Positions 1 to 10,535 of a stretch of DNA of 20,000 bases are shown here, in pieces. The stretch spans positions 183,882 to 203,881 of the forward strand of contig JALDZX010000040.1 of the NCBI GenBank assembly GCA_022813865.1. The letters are read 5' to 3'. The DNA is from Xylographa opegraphella (lineage: Eukaryota). The notes beneath the pieces were generated by a model. That model ran no database searches and was not told the DNA's origin. It saw only the letters and a program-made list of their open reading frames with translations. Numbering within the stretch: position 1 is the stretch's first letter; each line of letters starts with the position of its first letter. The position numbers were made by a program, and so were the translations under genes.

Positions 1-649
1 AAGTTCGACCAAAAATATCATTCTCTGCGCTTTATTTCACTCAATTATCTCCCTGCTTCTCCATGCCCATCTCTCGCTCTCAGCCGCCGCCGCCTCTTTC
101 CGTGCACTTGATCCCTGCGCTCTCCCTTCCCTAACCATGCCATTAGCTGAAAGAGGTAGTATCGAGTTGAAACTTGGCGCTGTCTGCTCAGAGCTGCGCG
201 CGACGGCCCCGATGGGTACCTGTGAATAGAGCGCAGTGGTCCTGCCGAAGCTGGGCTTAAAGGGCCTCACTGAGAGTGGAGGATGGGAAGGATATGTTAA
301 TAGGTAGAAGTTTTGTCAGGGGGATGCTGATATGCTGGCTGGTCGAAGGTGTTCGCTATGTCGAATCAGTGTTGCAGCTGACCGTTCAAGTGCCTTATTG
401 AAGGGACTGCCTGAGCATGGGACGAAGGGAGGCTGGAAGATCGAGGTTATGAAGCTGCTCAGTAGATGAATGAAGTGAATCGTCGAAGCACTGTGAGGGG
501 ATGAGGCCAGTCGGTTATAAGTTGGGGGTGGCTTGGTAGCATAATTCGAAAGAGCAGGATGCTGACCAGGCGGCAGGAGTTGACCAGCAAAGGTAGGTCG
601 ATCAAGGGAGTAGGTAGTCTGGATAAATAATATTGACCGGCAGAAGACA

Positions 650-725
650 GAATAGGCGGATGGACTGAATAGGCGGATGGACTGAATAGGCGGATGGACT
701 GAATAGGCGGATGGACTGAATAGGC
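650..725. repeat. 17-bp perfect tandem repeat (GAATAGGCGGATGGACT) x4 plus partial copy
   Basis: Identical units at 650, 667, 684 and 701, then partial GAATAGGC at 718-725. Confidence 0.97.
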
Positions 726-1516
726 ACAAGAAGGTTGAGTGGACCAGGAAATATTAGATGGAGGAGAACGTATGAACTGCAATGGATGACTGAGTAGCGA
801 GGGTCGATAGATAAAGAGAGCGATTAGGTAGACAATTTCAGATAGTGAGGTCGACGCGGACGACGACGACATAGGTCGCATTGGTCGGTCTGCGTAGCTG
901 GAAGAAAGCGATAAGTATATGGTATTGAGGGTAGTTATGTCAGGCAAGTCAAAAGCAGACTGGAGTTGTTTGCTTTATTGGATACAAAGGCCCTGCCCAG
1001 ACATTTCTTTGCGAGAGACTCGGATGCGGAGACAGAGGTAGTAATGAGTTTGATTAGGTGGTGGCGGTAGCAGGGAACTGAGACGGCCCGAGAGAGGGAG
1101 AACGTAGGCAGAAGTAGTGGTTAGGAAGAGGGAGTGGTTAGACTCAGGAGAGAGTGGTTGGACTCAGATGTCGACCCAATTTGAGAAAAATGAAGAAAAC
1201 GGGAGAGCAGAAGAATTAACGACGATGAACGCCGCTGAAGTCCGCAGAGTACTAGGAGATGCCGTGTTAGCCAAGTCAGACACAGGACGAGAAAGCCTTC
1301 TTACAGAATATGGAATTCAACCTAAGCATATAGCGGAGTCGCATGGGAGGTTGAATAGGTGAAGAATAATGGGTTCAGCAGAACATTCAGCGAGTCATCA
1401 ATGATGAAAAGTAATAATATAGGTGCTACCTGGCTAACAATATGAACGCGGCAGTAAACAATATGTATGTATAGATATAAGTAATGGTACAATGGATAAA
1501 CTATCACTGATATAAG

Positions 1517-2475
1517 GGCCAGCCCGGGTGTGAGTATAAATTACCAGCCAGTTCAAGTATATGGAGTAGTTCGTCCATAAAGGTATAGATCATAATGAAG
1601 ACAAGACCAGATCTACCTTGATTAAATATCAAGAAATAAAAATGTGCAAGTCCGGCCGCTGTAATGATATGCGGACTCAAGCCTGGCAAAGATGCCTAAC
1701 GACGACGTAAAAGTATAAGGGAGCAGCCCAAGTAAGGACATGGAAGAGATCGTAACGAATAGGTAATGGTACAGGTGGTGGTACAGGTTGTGGTACAGGT
1801 GGTGGTACAAGTGGCGGTACATGGTGGTACAGATGATGGTACAGATGGTGGTACAAATGGTGGTACAGGTGCTGGTTCAGATAATATTCCAAGTGGTACC
1901 CAGAACAAAGAATATAGAATCCACCCAGGGAAGCAAATGTTAAGATCAGCCCAGATAAGAACGTAACGAAATTTCCCAAGTGATAATATAAGAGATTGGC
2001 CTAGTCTAAATTATGTAAGATCCAGCAAAAGCAAGGGTGGGGACCAGTACAGGTAAGGATATAAAAGCTCAGCATAGGTAAGAACATGAGGTCCAGCTCA
2101 GATAAAAGTATGGAGCGACAGTTCATGTAATCGTACTGGTAATGATAAAGTACGAAGACCAGTCGGGGTATCACAAGTGATTTGGATAAGAAGTTGGATA
2201 AAGATCAGTATATAAGAGTCATGAGGAGGGACCAGCCTGGATAGGAATAGGTAGTGCTAGCAAGGTAAGGATATGCAGGACCAGTCCAGGTAAGGCCATG
2301 ATATGAGGGACCAGCCCGGATAAGAATACGATTCGAGCCCTGCTCAGCTAATGATAAAGATAATAATGAGGTACGAAGACCAGTCCACGTAACATAGGAG
2401 TTTTGAAGTGAGTGTCGGAGATAGAGTGAACAATAGTAAAAGTCGCACGAATGGACCAGTCCGGTTAGGAATATA
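1517..2475. repeat. Degenerate ~24-25 bp minisatellite, consensus approximately GGACCAGYCCAGRTAAGRATATGA
   Basis: Copies recognised by eye near 1517, 1720, 1943, 2041, 2066, 2090, 2115, 2156, 2229, 2254, 2278, 2308, 2377 and 2453. Head-to-tail runs at about 2041-2138 and 2229-2335. Confidence 0.75.
1767..1884. repeat. 12-bp degenerate tandem repeat (TGGTACAGRTGG) x~10
   Basis: Units at 1767, 1779, 1791, 1803, 1815 (2-bp deletion), 1825, 1837, 1849, 1861 and 1873. Differences are mostly G->A. Confidence 0.95.
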
Positions 2476-3745
2476 AGGGAGGTGGCGGTCGAAAAGGATG
2501 GTAGTGGTAGGATAACAGATAGTAGGTGGTAATGATAAACAGTCGTTAGGCGTGAAAGAATAGGCGAAAGGATAAAGGAGTATAAGCAAACGATTGTCGT
2601 ATAGGACTGGAGGGCGAGAGAGGATGAGAAGCTGGGATCGAAGAGGAGATGGAGAAGCCGAGGGTTCGAGCGGTCGAGAACATGAATATCTAGGAGAGGC
2701 GGTCGGATGCGGTGCAGAAGATAAAGCAAAGCAATAGGAGGCGAAGAGGCCGAGGGTCCATGAGTCTGGAGAGCCCAAGGTCCAGCATTGGCGATCGCAA
2801 GCAGTTGAAAAGATGAAATGGTAGATAGTCGAATAGGTGTTGTGGTAAATGGTCGAAAAGATGACTGGATAGATGGTTGTGAAAGATGATTCCGTAGATT
2901 GTCGTCCACCTGATTCTTCAAGCAATGAGAGAACAGGAGTCTTATATTGCATTTGGAACCCACAGCACACATGCACATGCCGAAAGGAAGCTGAAGTCAC
3001 ATCACCCTTCCGGCATGTCGATCCATGCTGGAGGGCATACGAAGTGGCTCCTGAACGCGAGTGTCGTTGGGGCTTCGCGTTGCAATTGACTTTTTCTCGT
3101 TTTCTTGATGCCCGACCCAAGAATACAATTCATAGTGGATACAAATCCAACAAAGTTTCTAAACCTTGGCACCAACTATATTAGATATATAAGCAGATGG
3201 ACCTACAACGTAACGCGAATGAGATAAATCCCTCAACCTTAAACATATGGATGCCTCGCTTTGTGGGTCCCGTCGCTTGTTGAGCACATGAGATTGGCCT
3301 GTAGGCAATTTGACTCGACATTTAACTATCCCTGCAAATCAGCGCTACAAACTCTAGAGGGCAATCTAAGTGGATTTTCAACCTGTAAAGAGTGTCATGA
3401 CGCACGTATATAGCATCGAGGGATTGTATAGCAAGAAGGTTAACTTAAAGCAATTTTAAATATATCACGCGTACGATATGACCACATCATCAACCGCGCG
3501 TTAATGGGCAAAGACAGGAAAGTGATGGAGCAAGGCCATATTAGGTATACTGATAGCACAATTATTTATACATAAGCAAATTGGTATAACGCATGAAGCA
3601 CGCTGGGGTATAATGAGCCACGTATGACCAAGAATCTGTCTCAAACTGCTCCTCTCAGTCTTTGAGTACGGCGCCTCCCACGGCCGGAAACCCAGTATAA
3701 CATTTGCTCCACCTCGTTCAAGTCTTAGTCGAATTCAGAGCGTTT

Positions 3746-4337
3746 CTAAACCTTGGCGCGACCTGTGTGTAACGACATATGGCCCCTGTTCTTGAAGAAC
3801 ATGAATGCTCCGAAGGCTGAGCTGATGAGCCAGAGCAACATGTTGGCCAGATCCACCCATACCTGAGCTCAGAGTCAACATGATCATCCAAGGATAGAGG
3901 GAGGTTCATGATACATACTGCGTTCTTCATGCGCGTTATTCCAGCATCGCCTGCAGCGTTCGCTTTGATGTACATGTGGCCGAAGATGCCAAATACGACA
4001 ACCCAGAGGAAACTTTGTCTCCTTGTCAGTAAAACAGAAGCACACGTGTAGCATGCTTAACCTACAACATGATGATGTCCCAGGGAAACAACCTGTGGGT
4101 CTTGATGAAAGGAACCATAAACACCAATGCGGTCAAAGCTGAGAGAGTGCCCACAACTACTGCATAGACCTCTCTGCCGTCCGCGTATTTGTGAGCGATG
4201 CGTGCAGCATTGAGGTCACTACCATAGAGCCCAATGACTGTAAGGCCGAGCACAAACTGGAAGAACCGGATGACAATGTGCACAATGAAACCCAGAACGC
4301 CTCCATGGTTGGACGTAGCGGTCTCTTTCCACGTCAT
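3746..4337 (-). CDS. MARVEL-domain (membrane-associating) four-TM protein, 160 aa; exons 4337-4066, 4012-3919, 3862-3746
   Basis: Introns 4065-4013 (GTAGGT..CTGAC..AAG) and 3918-3863 (GTATGT..CAG) give a continuous 483-nt frame: MTWKE..IRFFQFVLGLTVIGLYG..YAVVVGTLSALT..WDIIMFFLWVVVFGIFG..RMKNAVWVDLANMLLWLISS..GRAKV*. Four hydrophobic segments, matching fungal MARVEL proteins as I recall them. Confidence 0.9.
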
Positions 4338-5072
4338 CTTGCTGGACGAGCAAAGAGTGGTCTTCTACAGTCTTTCAAATTTGACGTATGGAGCTTTGAT
4401 AGGAATGAAGACTGTATACTTCGTGGATTACGAGTCCTTTGTTGTTGCAAGTCAAAAATCTGTCGAAATGGATGTTACTTATGGTTGAAGAATCGCTGGA
4501 ATGCTCAGAAGTGATTTATTTGGGGGGGGTGCAACGTTGAAAAATTCCTTTGTGACTTATGACGCAATTGGCTGTCATTTGGATGAGCTTAACCGAAATT
4601 CCTTCACAAAGTTCGCTGCACTAAGACATGATTGGCTGTCAGCGTAGCAGGGACTATGGCGCGTTTAGCTGGCGCTATTCAATCCTGAATCCTGTGGGTT
4701 TCGGCATGTTTACTTCACTCCCAAGGCCACGAAGAATACTGCGTGTCAGAATGGACCCAGTGAATTATAAAAAGCTGAGGCAGACACTTGTTTCATATCT
4801 GTACCTTTCAGATGCCTTTCAGGACATACAGCAAGACTGTCAAGGGTCGAAAGTTGACCGGCTGTGGATTGAGAATATGGTCAAGCCTCAGAAGCTTAAC
4901 AGAATACAAAGCTGAAAGTAAGAACACGCTGTCCGTTCGCTGGTTCCATGCTAGAAGCACCTGGGGTATGACAGTAATAAATCCACACATCAGCCACCAA
5001 TGTGTCTAGAAATCCGCGCCATAACATTCCAACAGCTGTATTAACGAAAAGCGTCACAGCATTAAGGCACAG

Positions 5073-6677
5073 CTAGTTGTACCATCCATTGGGCCCTACC
5101 TGAGTTCCTTCGTCCGAGCTGCGGTTAGGGATTATGCTTCTCTGGATGTCGAACGATTCGATGATGTCTTCCCACGTCTCGTAATCGAGGTGGAAAACGG
5201 CTTGGTGCTTGGAGATATTCTCATCATGGATCTGCTGCTTGGAACGAGCCTTGGTTGAATCTGTCGGAAGGATCGGTCAGTTGTGCTCGGTAATCAACTG
5301 AACGCTGCGAAACAACAACACACAGCAACTGTCAGACTTACGAAGTGATAGCTGCCCATTTTTGTCGATATCAATACCTGCTATCGCATCACGAATGAGA
5401 AAGCTCGTATAAAATAAGTTCTCAACTGTCTGACCAAAGGAATCAGGATTGATGACAAAATGAAAAAATGATACACCTCCGTCGTCTAGCAGGTAGTACT
5501 TTCGCATTATGTTGCCGAGATCATTTTCAGTCATGCCGTCAGTGAATTCCTCCCTAGACTTAGCTTGGCCTTCTGTCTGTGTCCTTTGGAGGAGTTGTGC
5601 AATTTTGGTGCAAACTTTTGTGAGGTTGGAATTCTCCCCTTGTCCGATATCCTTCGCTTGAATCTCCTCGGGCCGTATAGCGTCTCTGGGATCTTGCTTT
5701 CGAAAGCGTTCTCGGCGTTGCGTAAGTTTACGCACTCGCTTCTGTACCGATAGAGGACCGAGAAGAAACCCAGACACCGGCGGACGAATGTTATTAGGAA
5801 AACATAGTCTTCTTCCAAGCCAGCCCCAGTTCATCTCGTCGCCCTCATCGGCACCATGCTCTCCACCGCTTTCTTCGTCACTGACTTCTCTGCGTTGCCG
5901 ATGTCTTTGGGTAGATGTACGAAGTGGAGACGCTTCGTCATCTGTTGGGCATTTCCTCATGTATGAAACACACTTGGCCACAAAGTCATCTACATCGACA
6001 CCAACCGACGAACCACCATGCTTCAATTGTACCGATCTCCGCGCAGTTATGTCGGCTGTGGACACTAGAAGGCGCGAGTCTAGAGTCGCATCCGAAGTTT
6101 GTTTGACAACCTTGTAAAGGTCGTTGGCTTTGACGATTGTATCCATCAAGCCGGTTGAATCTGCTGCCATATACTCCGTACGGGAATCTAGTGAATGTGA
6201 TCAGTACCGCAGAAGGAAAGGTAGTACCGTCAAAGGAAGCCAACCAATTAGTTCTCTAGCCAGGTCCCTATAGCCCTTGCGAATGTGCCGCCGTTCCTCC
6301 ATCGGCTGATCAGGATCGTAGTATCGGAGATCCTGATCTGGATCTACCCCGTCCTGCTGCAAGGACTGACTCCTGTTTGGAGCATCACGTTCACCAAGTC
6401 TCCTCCTCTTGTTCGTCTGCGGCGGTATGGGCTCCACCGATCCAGGAGTAGGAAGTCTTGGGGGGGGCATTGTTCTGGTCTTGCCTGGTGCATTTCTTGA
6501 TGATTGAGCTGATACTGCGCGATTCTCCTTATCGGAAGAGAAGGAGGCTGCAGGCGATGGTGACAGTGATCCTGGATTTTGGGACCTTCGCGCTGCTTGT
6601 CGCGTTGAGGATTCTGCTTGTGATGGAAACTCTTCTTCTTGATCTTCTGGAATGGAAGGCCTCTTCAGTCGCGCCAT
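5073..6677 (-). CDS. NSE4: Smc5/6 complex kleisin subunit Nse4 (Nse4/EID family), 488 aa; exons 6677-6245, 6187-5342, 5260-5073
   Basis: Introns 6244-6188 (GTTGGC..CTGAT..TAG) and 5341-5261 (GTAAGT..CTGAC..CAG) give 1467 nt in frame. Family motifs: YYDPDQ..ERR.IRKGYRDL, VKQTSDATLDSRLLV, GFLLGPLSVQKR, FFHFVINPDSFGQTVENLFYTSFLIRD, KHQAVFHLDYETWEDIIESFDI. Confidence 0.95.
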
Positions 6678-6945
6678 AATATAATCGTGCTTGGGACCTT
6701 CGCACCGCGACAATAGCAAAGATATATTGAATCCATGCGCATGTTCCCAATCGCCTGTTTACGTGTTGGTCAATGCGGACCCTGTCAGTTCCAAGGCTGC
6801 AAACGGTCCGATATGTCCCCCGATGATGCCTTGCGGCGGGAAGGATAGTCACGATACAGAACCATACCTTAGCTTTCTAGGCTCAGGACCTTGTCGAGAT
6901 CGAGCTCCCCGTTTGAACATCTCTAGCCTCATTAATTAGTAGGAG
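6678..6945. promoter_or_regulatory. Short shared (likely bidirectional) promoter/5'UTR region between divergent NSE4 and VPS34
   Basis: Only 268 bp separate the two start codons. Inferred from geometry; no specific motif identified. Confidence 0.6.
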
Positions 6946-9928
6946 ATGGAGGAATTTACGTTCGCCGGATCCAATGCGCTCGACTTTCCTGTCAATGTCA
7001 GAATGTTGGTCCGGCCGTCCACCTGGAGATAGCTTAACCTGGCTAGCACTCTTGAGGTCCAAAAGGCGAGATGAGCTAATTCATGAGTAGAGGAAGCTTG
7101 GAGGGTCATCAGACTCCCATACCTCTTTCAACGCTACTAAGCCGGCCTGATCTGCGACACATAGGATCAATCACCAGGTATGAGCATCGTCGCTTTACTT
7201 AAACCCCTCTGACATCTCACAAGTGCTCAATCTGACCTCTATGTCTCTGCTCAGTTGTGGGCCGATTCAAAACCGTTGACGGTACCGGTCCTTACATCAT
7301 ATAAGACTTTCAAGACCACACGTACATGGAATGAGTGGCTCGAGTTGCCGATCAATATCTCTACGCTTCCTCTCACTTCACAGATCGCCATTACAGTATG
7401 GGATCTCTCGCCAACTGGAGGCAAGGGGGCGAAAGGACACGCCATACCTTTTGGCGGGACTACTGTACCTTTGTTTGATAAGGATGATACTTTGCAGAAA
7501 GGTCGCCAAAAATGCCGTTTGCACCGACATAAACGTGCTGATGGCTTCTCTTCGACTACAACGCCAGCTACCCGTCCAGTCCCGAGAGACGGTTCTCGCA
7601 AGGGTGCTGGCAAAATTCCGGTGACAAATCAGGAAGAAGACGAACTGGAACGGCTCGAGAAGCTGTTCAAGAAGCACGAAATGGGGGAGATTCCGCGAGT
7701 TGATTGGTTAGACCAACTAGTGTTCGAGGCAGTCAGGAAGAAGAGGCAAGATGCCGAGAAGTTGGATAGGCTGAATCGAAGGAAAATCCAGAAACAGTCA
7801 GGAAGCGAGGAGCACGGTGAAAGATACGGGTTTCCGACCGTGTCAGATGACACACCTGAAATTATGAATAATGACGACGAAGAGAAGTTCACGTTAATTA
7901 TCGATTTTCCACGATTCGATTTCCCCATAGTCTTTACCGATCACGAATACCCTCTACCTCCCATATCAACCCATCCACATCACCCGAATACAAGCCCTAA
8001 CGTGAACTTAAAGCCGCCACCAGAAGTGCAGTTCGGTCCCGGTATACATGGGCCATCTTTTGGGAATGGAACGGACGATGAGAATACGACCCCTCTGATC
8101 CGGATTTACGATCCTGAAGTGGGACAGAAGGACAATCCGGCTGAAAGCAAACATAGGAGATTGGTTCGTAGCCACAGGACTGGTGTTCTGGATCGCGACC
8201 TCAAGCCAAATGCCAAAATTCGTGATGAGCTCAACACCATCATGGCCTATGGACCTACTCAGGAATTAAACAGCGAAGAGAAAGATCTGATTTGGAAATT
8301 TAGACATCACCTTACGCGTGACAAGCGTGCCTTGACCAAGTTCATCAAGTCTGTTGCTTGGAACGATCAAAGTGAGGCTAGACAAGCCGTTCAAATACTA
8401 CCAAAATGGACTGAAATTGATGTTGACGATGCGCTGGAACTGCTTGGTCCAAGCTTCGACAATCCTGCAGTACGAGCTTACGCTGTAGACAGGTTACGGA
8501 AAGCTGACGATGAGGAGCTTCTTACTTATCTACTCCAGCTGGTCCAAGCTCTAAAATTTGAAAAGATTTCACTAGATAAAGATGGGGTTACTTCTAAAAA
8601 CTCGAGTCTGGCAAGTTTTTTGATATCCCGAGCCACCAAAAACTTCATGTTGGGTAACGATCTGCATTGGTATCTTATGGTAGAGTGTGACGATCGGAGT
8701 CCAGATCAACTGAAAGATCACCGCAAGCTGTTTGCTAAAGTTGAGTACGATTTCATGACTGAGTTAATGGAGGTACCTGGAGGACCAGAACAGCGCAAGC
8801 AACTGCTTCGCCAGGGAGAACTGATAGCAGTCCTGTCGAAAATATCTAAAGACCTCCGGTTTGGGCGCGAAAACAGACCTCGCATGATAGAGCATTTGAA
8901 GAAGTATTTGGCGGATCCAAAGAACGAGGTAGTGTCTATAGATCCGCCAATACCTTTACCTTTAGACCCAAGCGTTCTGGTGACTGGATGCTATCCTGAG
9001 GAATCCAACGTCTTCAAGTCGTCCCTTTTCCCTCTCTTCATCAGTTTCAAGACTTCGGATGGGAAGAAGTATCCGATCATCTTCAAGACTGGCGACGACC
9101 TCCGGCAAGATCAGCTGGTTCTTCAAATCATCTCTTTAATGGACAGATTGCTACGCAAAGAGAACCTCGACTTGAAGCTGTCACCGTATCGGATCTTAGC
9201 TACCAGCGCAAGTGCAGGCGCTGTCCAATTTGTACCTTCCACCACCCTAGGAGCCGCCCAAAGCAAATACACGGGCAACTACATCTTGACATATCTGCGC
9301 ACCAACAATCCGGACAAAAAGGCAGAGCTGGGCGTGCGCAAGGAAGCGATGGATACATATATCAAGAGTTGTGCAGGCTACTGCGTGGTCACATACCTTT
9401 TGGGCGTGGGAGACCGCCACCTTGACAATCTCTTGCTCGCACCCGACGGTACTTCTTTTCCCCCCCCCCAATCCACTTCCTCCCCTGCACATCCTCCCTC
9501 TCTCCTACTAACACGCCTCCCACCCAGGCCACTTCTTCCACATCGACTTCGGCTACATCCTCGGGCGCGACCCGAAACCGATGCCGCCACCGATCAAGCT
9601 CTCCAAGGAGATGGTCGACGCCATGGGCGGTTCCGACTCGGCCAACTACGCCACCTTCAAGCAGTACTGCTTCACCGCCTACACCACGCTGCGCAAGTCG
9701 AGCAACCTCATCCTCAACCTGTTCGCGCTCATGACGGACGCCAACATCCCCGACATCCGCGCCGAGCCCGACAAGGCGGTCGAGAAGATCCGCGAGCGCT
9801 TCGCGCTGGGCGTCAGTGAGGAGGAGGCTATCCGTGGCTTCGAGGCCCTCATCGAGGATAGTGTCGGGAGGCTGTTTCCGCAATTCATCGATATGGTGCA
9901 TCGCATGTTTCAGGGCCAGAGAGCGTGA
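6946..9928 (+). CDS. VPS34: Class III phosphatidylinositol 3-kinase Vps34, 923 aa; exons 6946-7004, 7091-7177, 7224-9448, 9528-9928
   Basis: Introns 7005-7090 (GTTGGT..GCTAAT..TAG), 7178-7223 (GTATGA..CTGAC..AAG) and 9449-9527 (GTACTT..ACTAAC..CAG) give 2772 nt in frame. C2 domain (SDLYVSAQLWADSKPL, WNEWLELP), helical domain (DALELL..VRAYAV..LLQLVQALKFE) and kinase motifs FKSSLFP, IFKTGDDLRQDQL, GVGDRHLDN, HIDFGYILGRDPKP. Confidence 0.98.
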
Positions 9929-10248
9929 AGGGTTGCTTACACCTTGCATGCGCGGGCGTCGTGGGCGAGGGGTGGACGACGGGTGACTCCGCTTCGCAAG
10001 TCAGTCCCCTTATCTCAGCACGTAGCAATTAAAACTCGCCATTGAAATGCCATTTACTCCTACTTCTTCGCCCAGCATTCCATTCTCATAGACCTCCCTC
10101 ACTCCACTCCCACCCCCTACCGCCTCCCTTACCCCCCCTTCCTCCGCATCTCCCCGCCTACTGAGCACTTTACCAATCACCTCTCCCTCCACGGAGTTCA
10201 GTGAGGGCAAAGGGGGCGCGCGAGGGTACGGGGTAATTTTCACCTCTA

Positions 10249-10297
10249 ACAGCAGCAGCAGCAGCATCAGTAGCAGCATCATCATCATCATCATCAT
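10249..10297. repeat. Compound (CAG)n/(CAT)n microsatellite in the convergent intergenic region
   Basis: acagcagcagcagcagcatcagtagcagcatcatcatcatcatcatcat read directly. Confidence 0.9.
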
Positions 10298-10535
10298 TCA
10301 TAGCAAGACCATCTACCCCCCCGATCTCAAAGACCATACCATACCCTCCGCTCCACCACTCTATGCAAAGCCGCACGCAAAAAAAACAGAGGAGAAACAA
10401 AAACAGGAAACCACGCATATATGCATACCGCTCCAACCCCCCTCCCTTCCGTATCCCACGCACGCATGCTCGCGCCCCATCCACCACATCTCCACCCATC
10501 ACGACAAGCTAGCCATCCCCACACCACCCCACCCC

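Noticed and set aside
37..315. Possible minus-strand exon after an acceptor-like TATTAAC..CTCAG near 270
   Set aside because: No convincing upstream donor or exon and no recognisable product; cannot be resolved at the window edge.
316..947. Minus-strand ORFs of 137 and 162 aa
   Set aside because: They stay open because the pyrimidine-rich strand and the 17-mer repeat rarely form stops. Low-complexity S/P/L/I sequence with no motif.
1517..2475. Repeat-spacer pattern as a CRISPR-like array
   Set aside because: Repeats are degenerate and non-palindromic, spacing is irregular, the context is eukaryotic and there are no cas genes.
2205..3120. Overlapping minus-strand ORFs of 257 and 258 aa
   Set aside because: Same compositional artefact; no recognisable domain, and two overlapping frames are equally open.
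3220..3270. Loose resemblance to a TPP riboswitch (TGAGA..CCC..AACCT..ATGCC)
   Set aside because: Lacks the GAACYTGATC/TAAT core and the required stems, and is not in a thiamine-gene intron.
9449..9819. C-terminal tail of the 854-aa + ORF (TSFPPPQ...RAGRQ)
   Set aside because: Read-through of VPS34 intron 3 into the wrong frame; splicing restores HIDFG.
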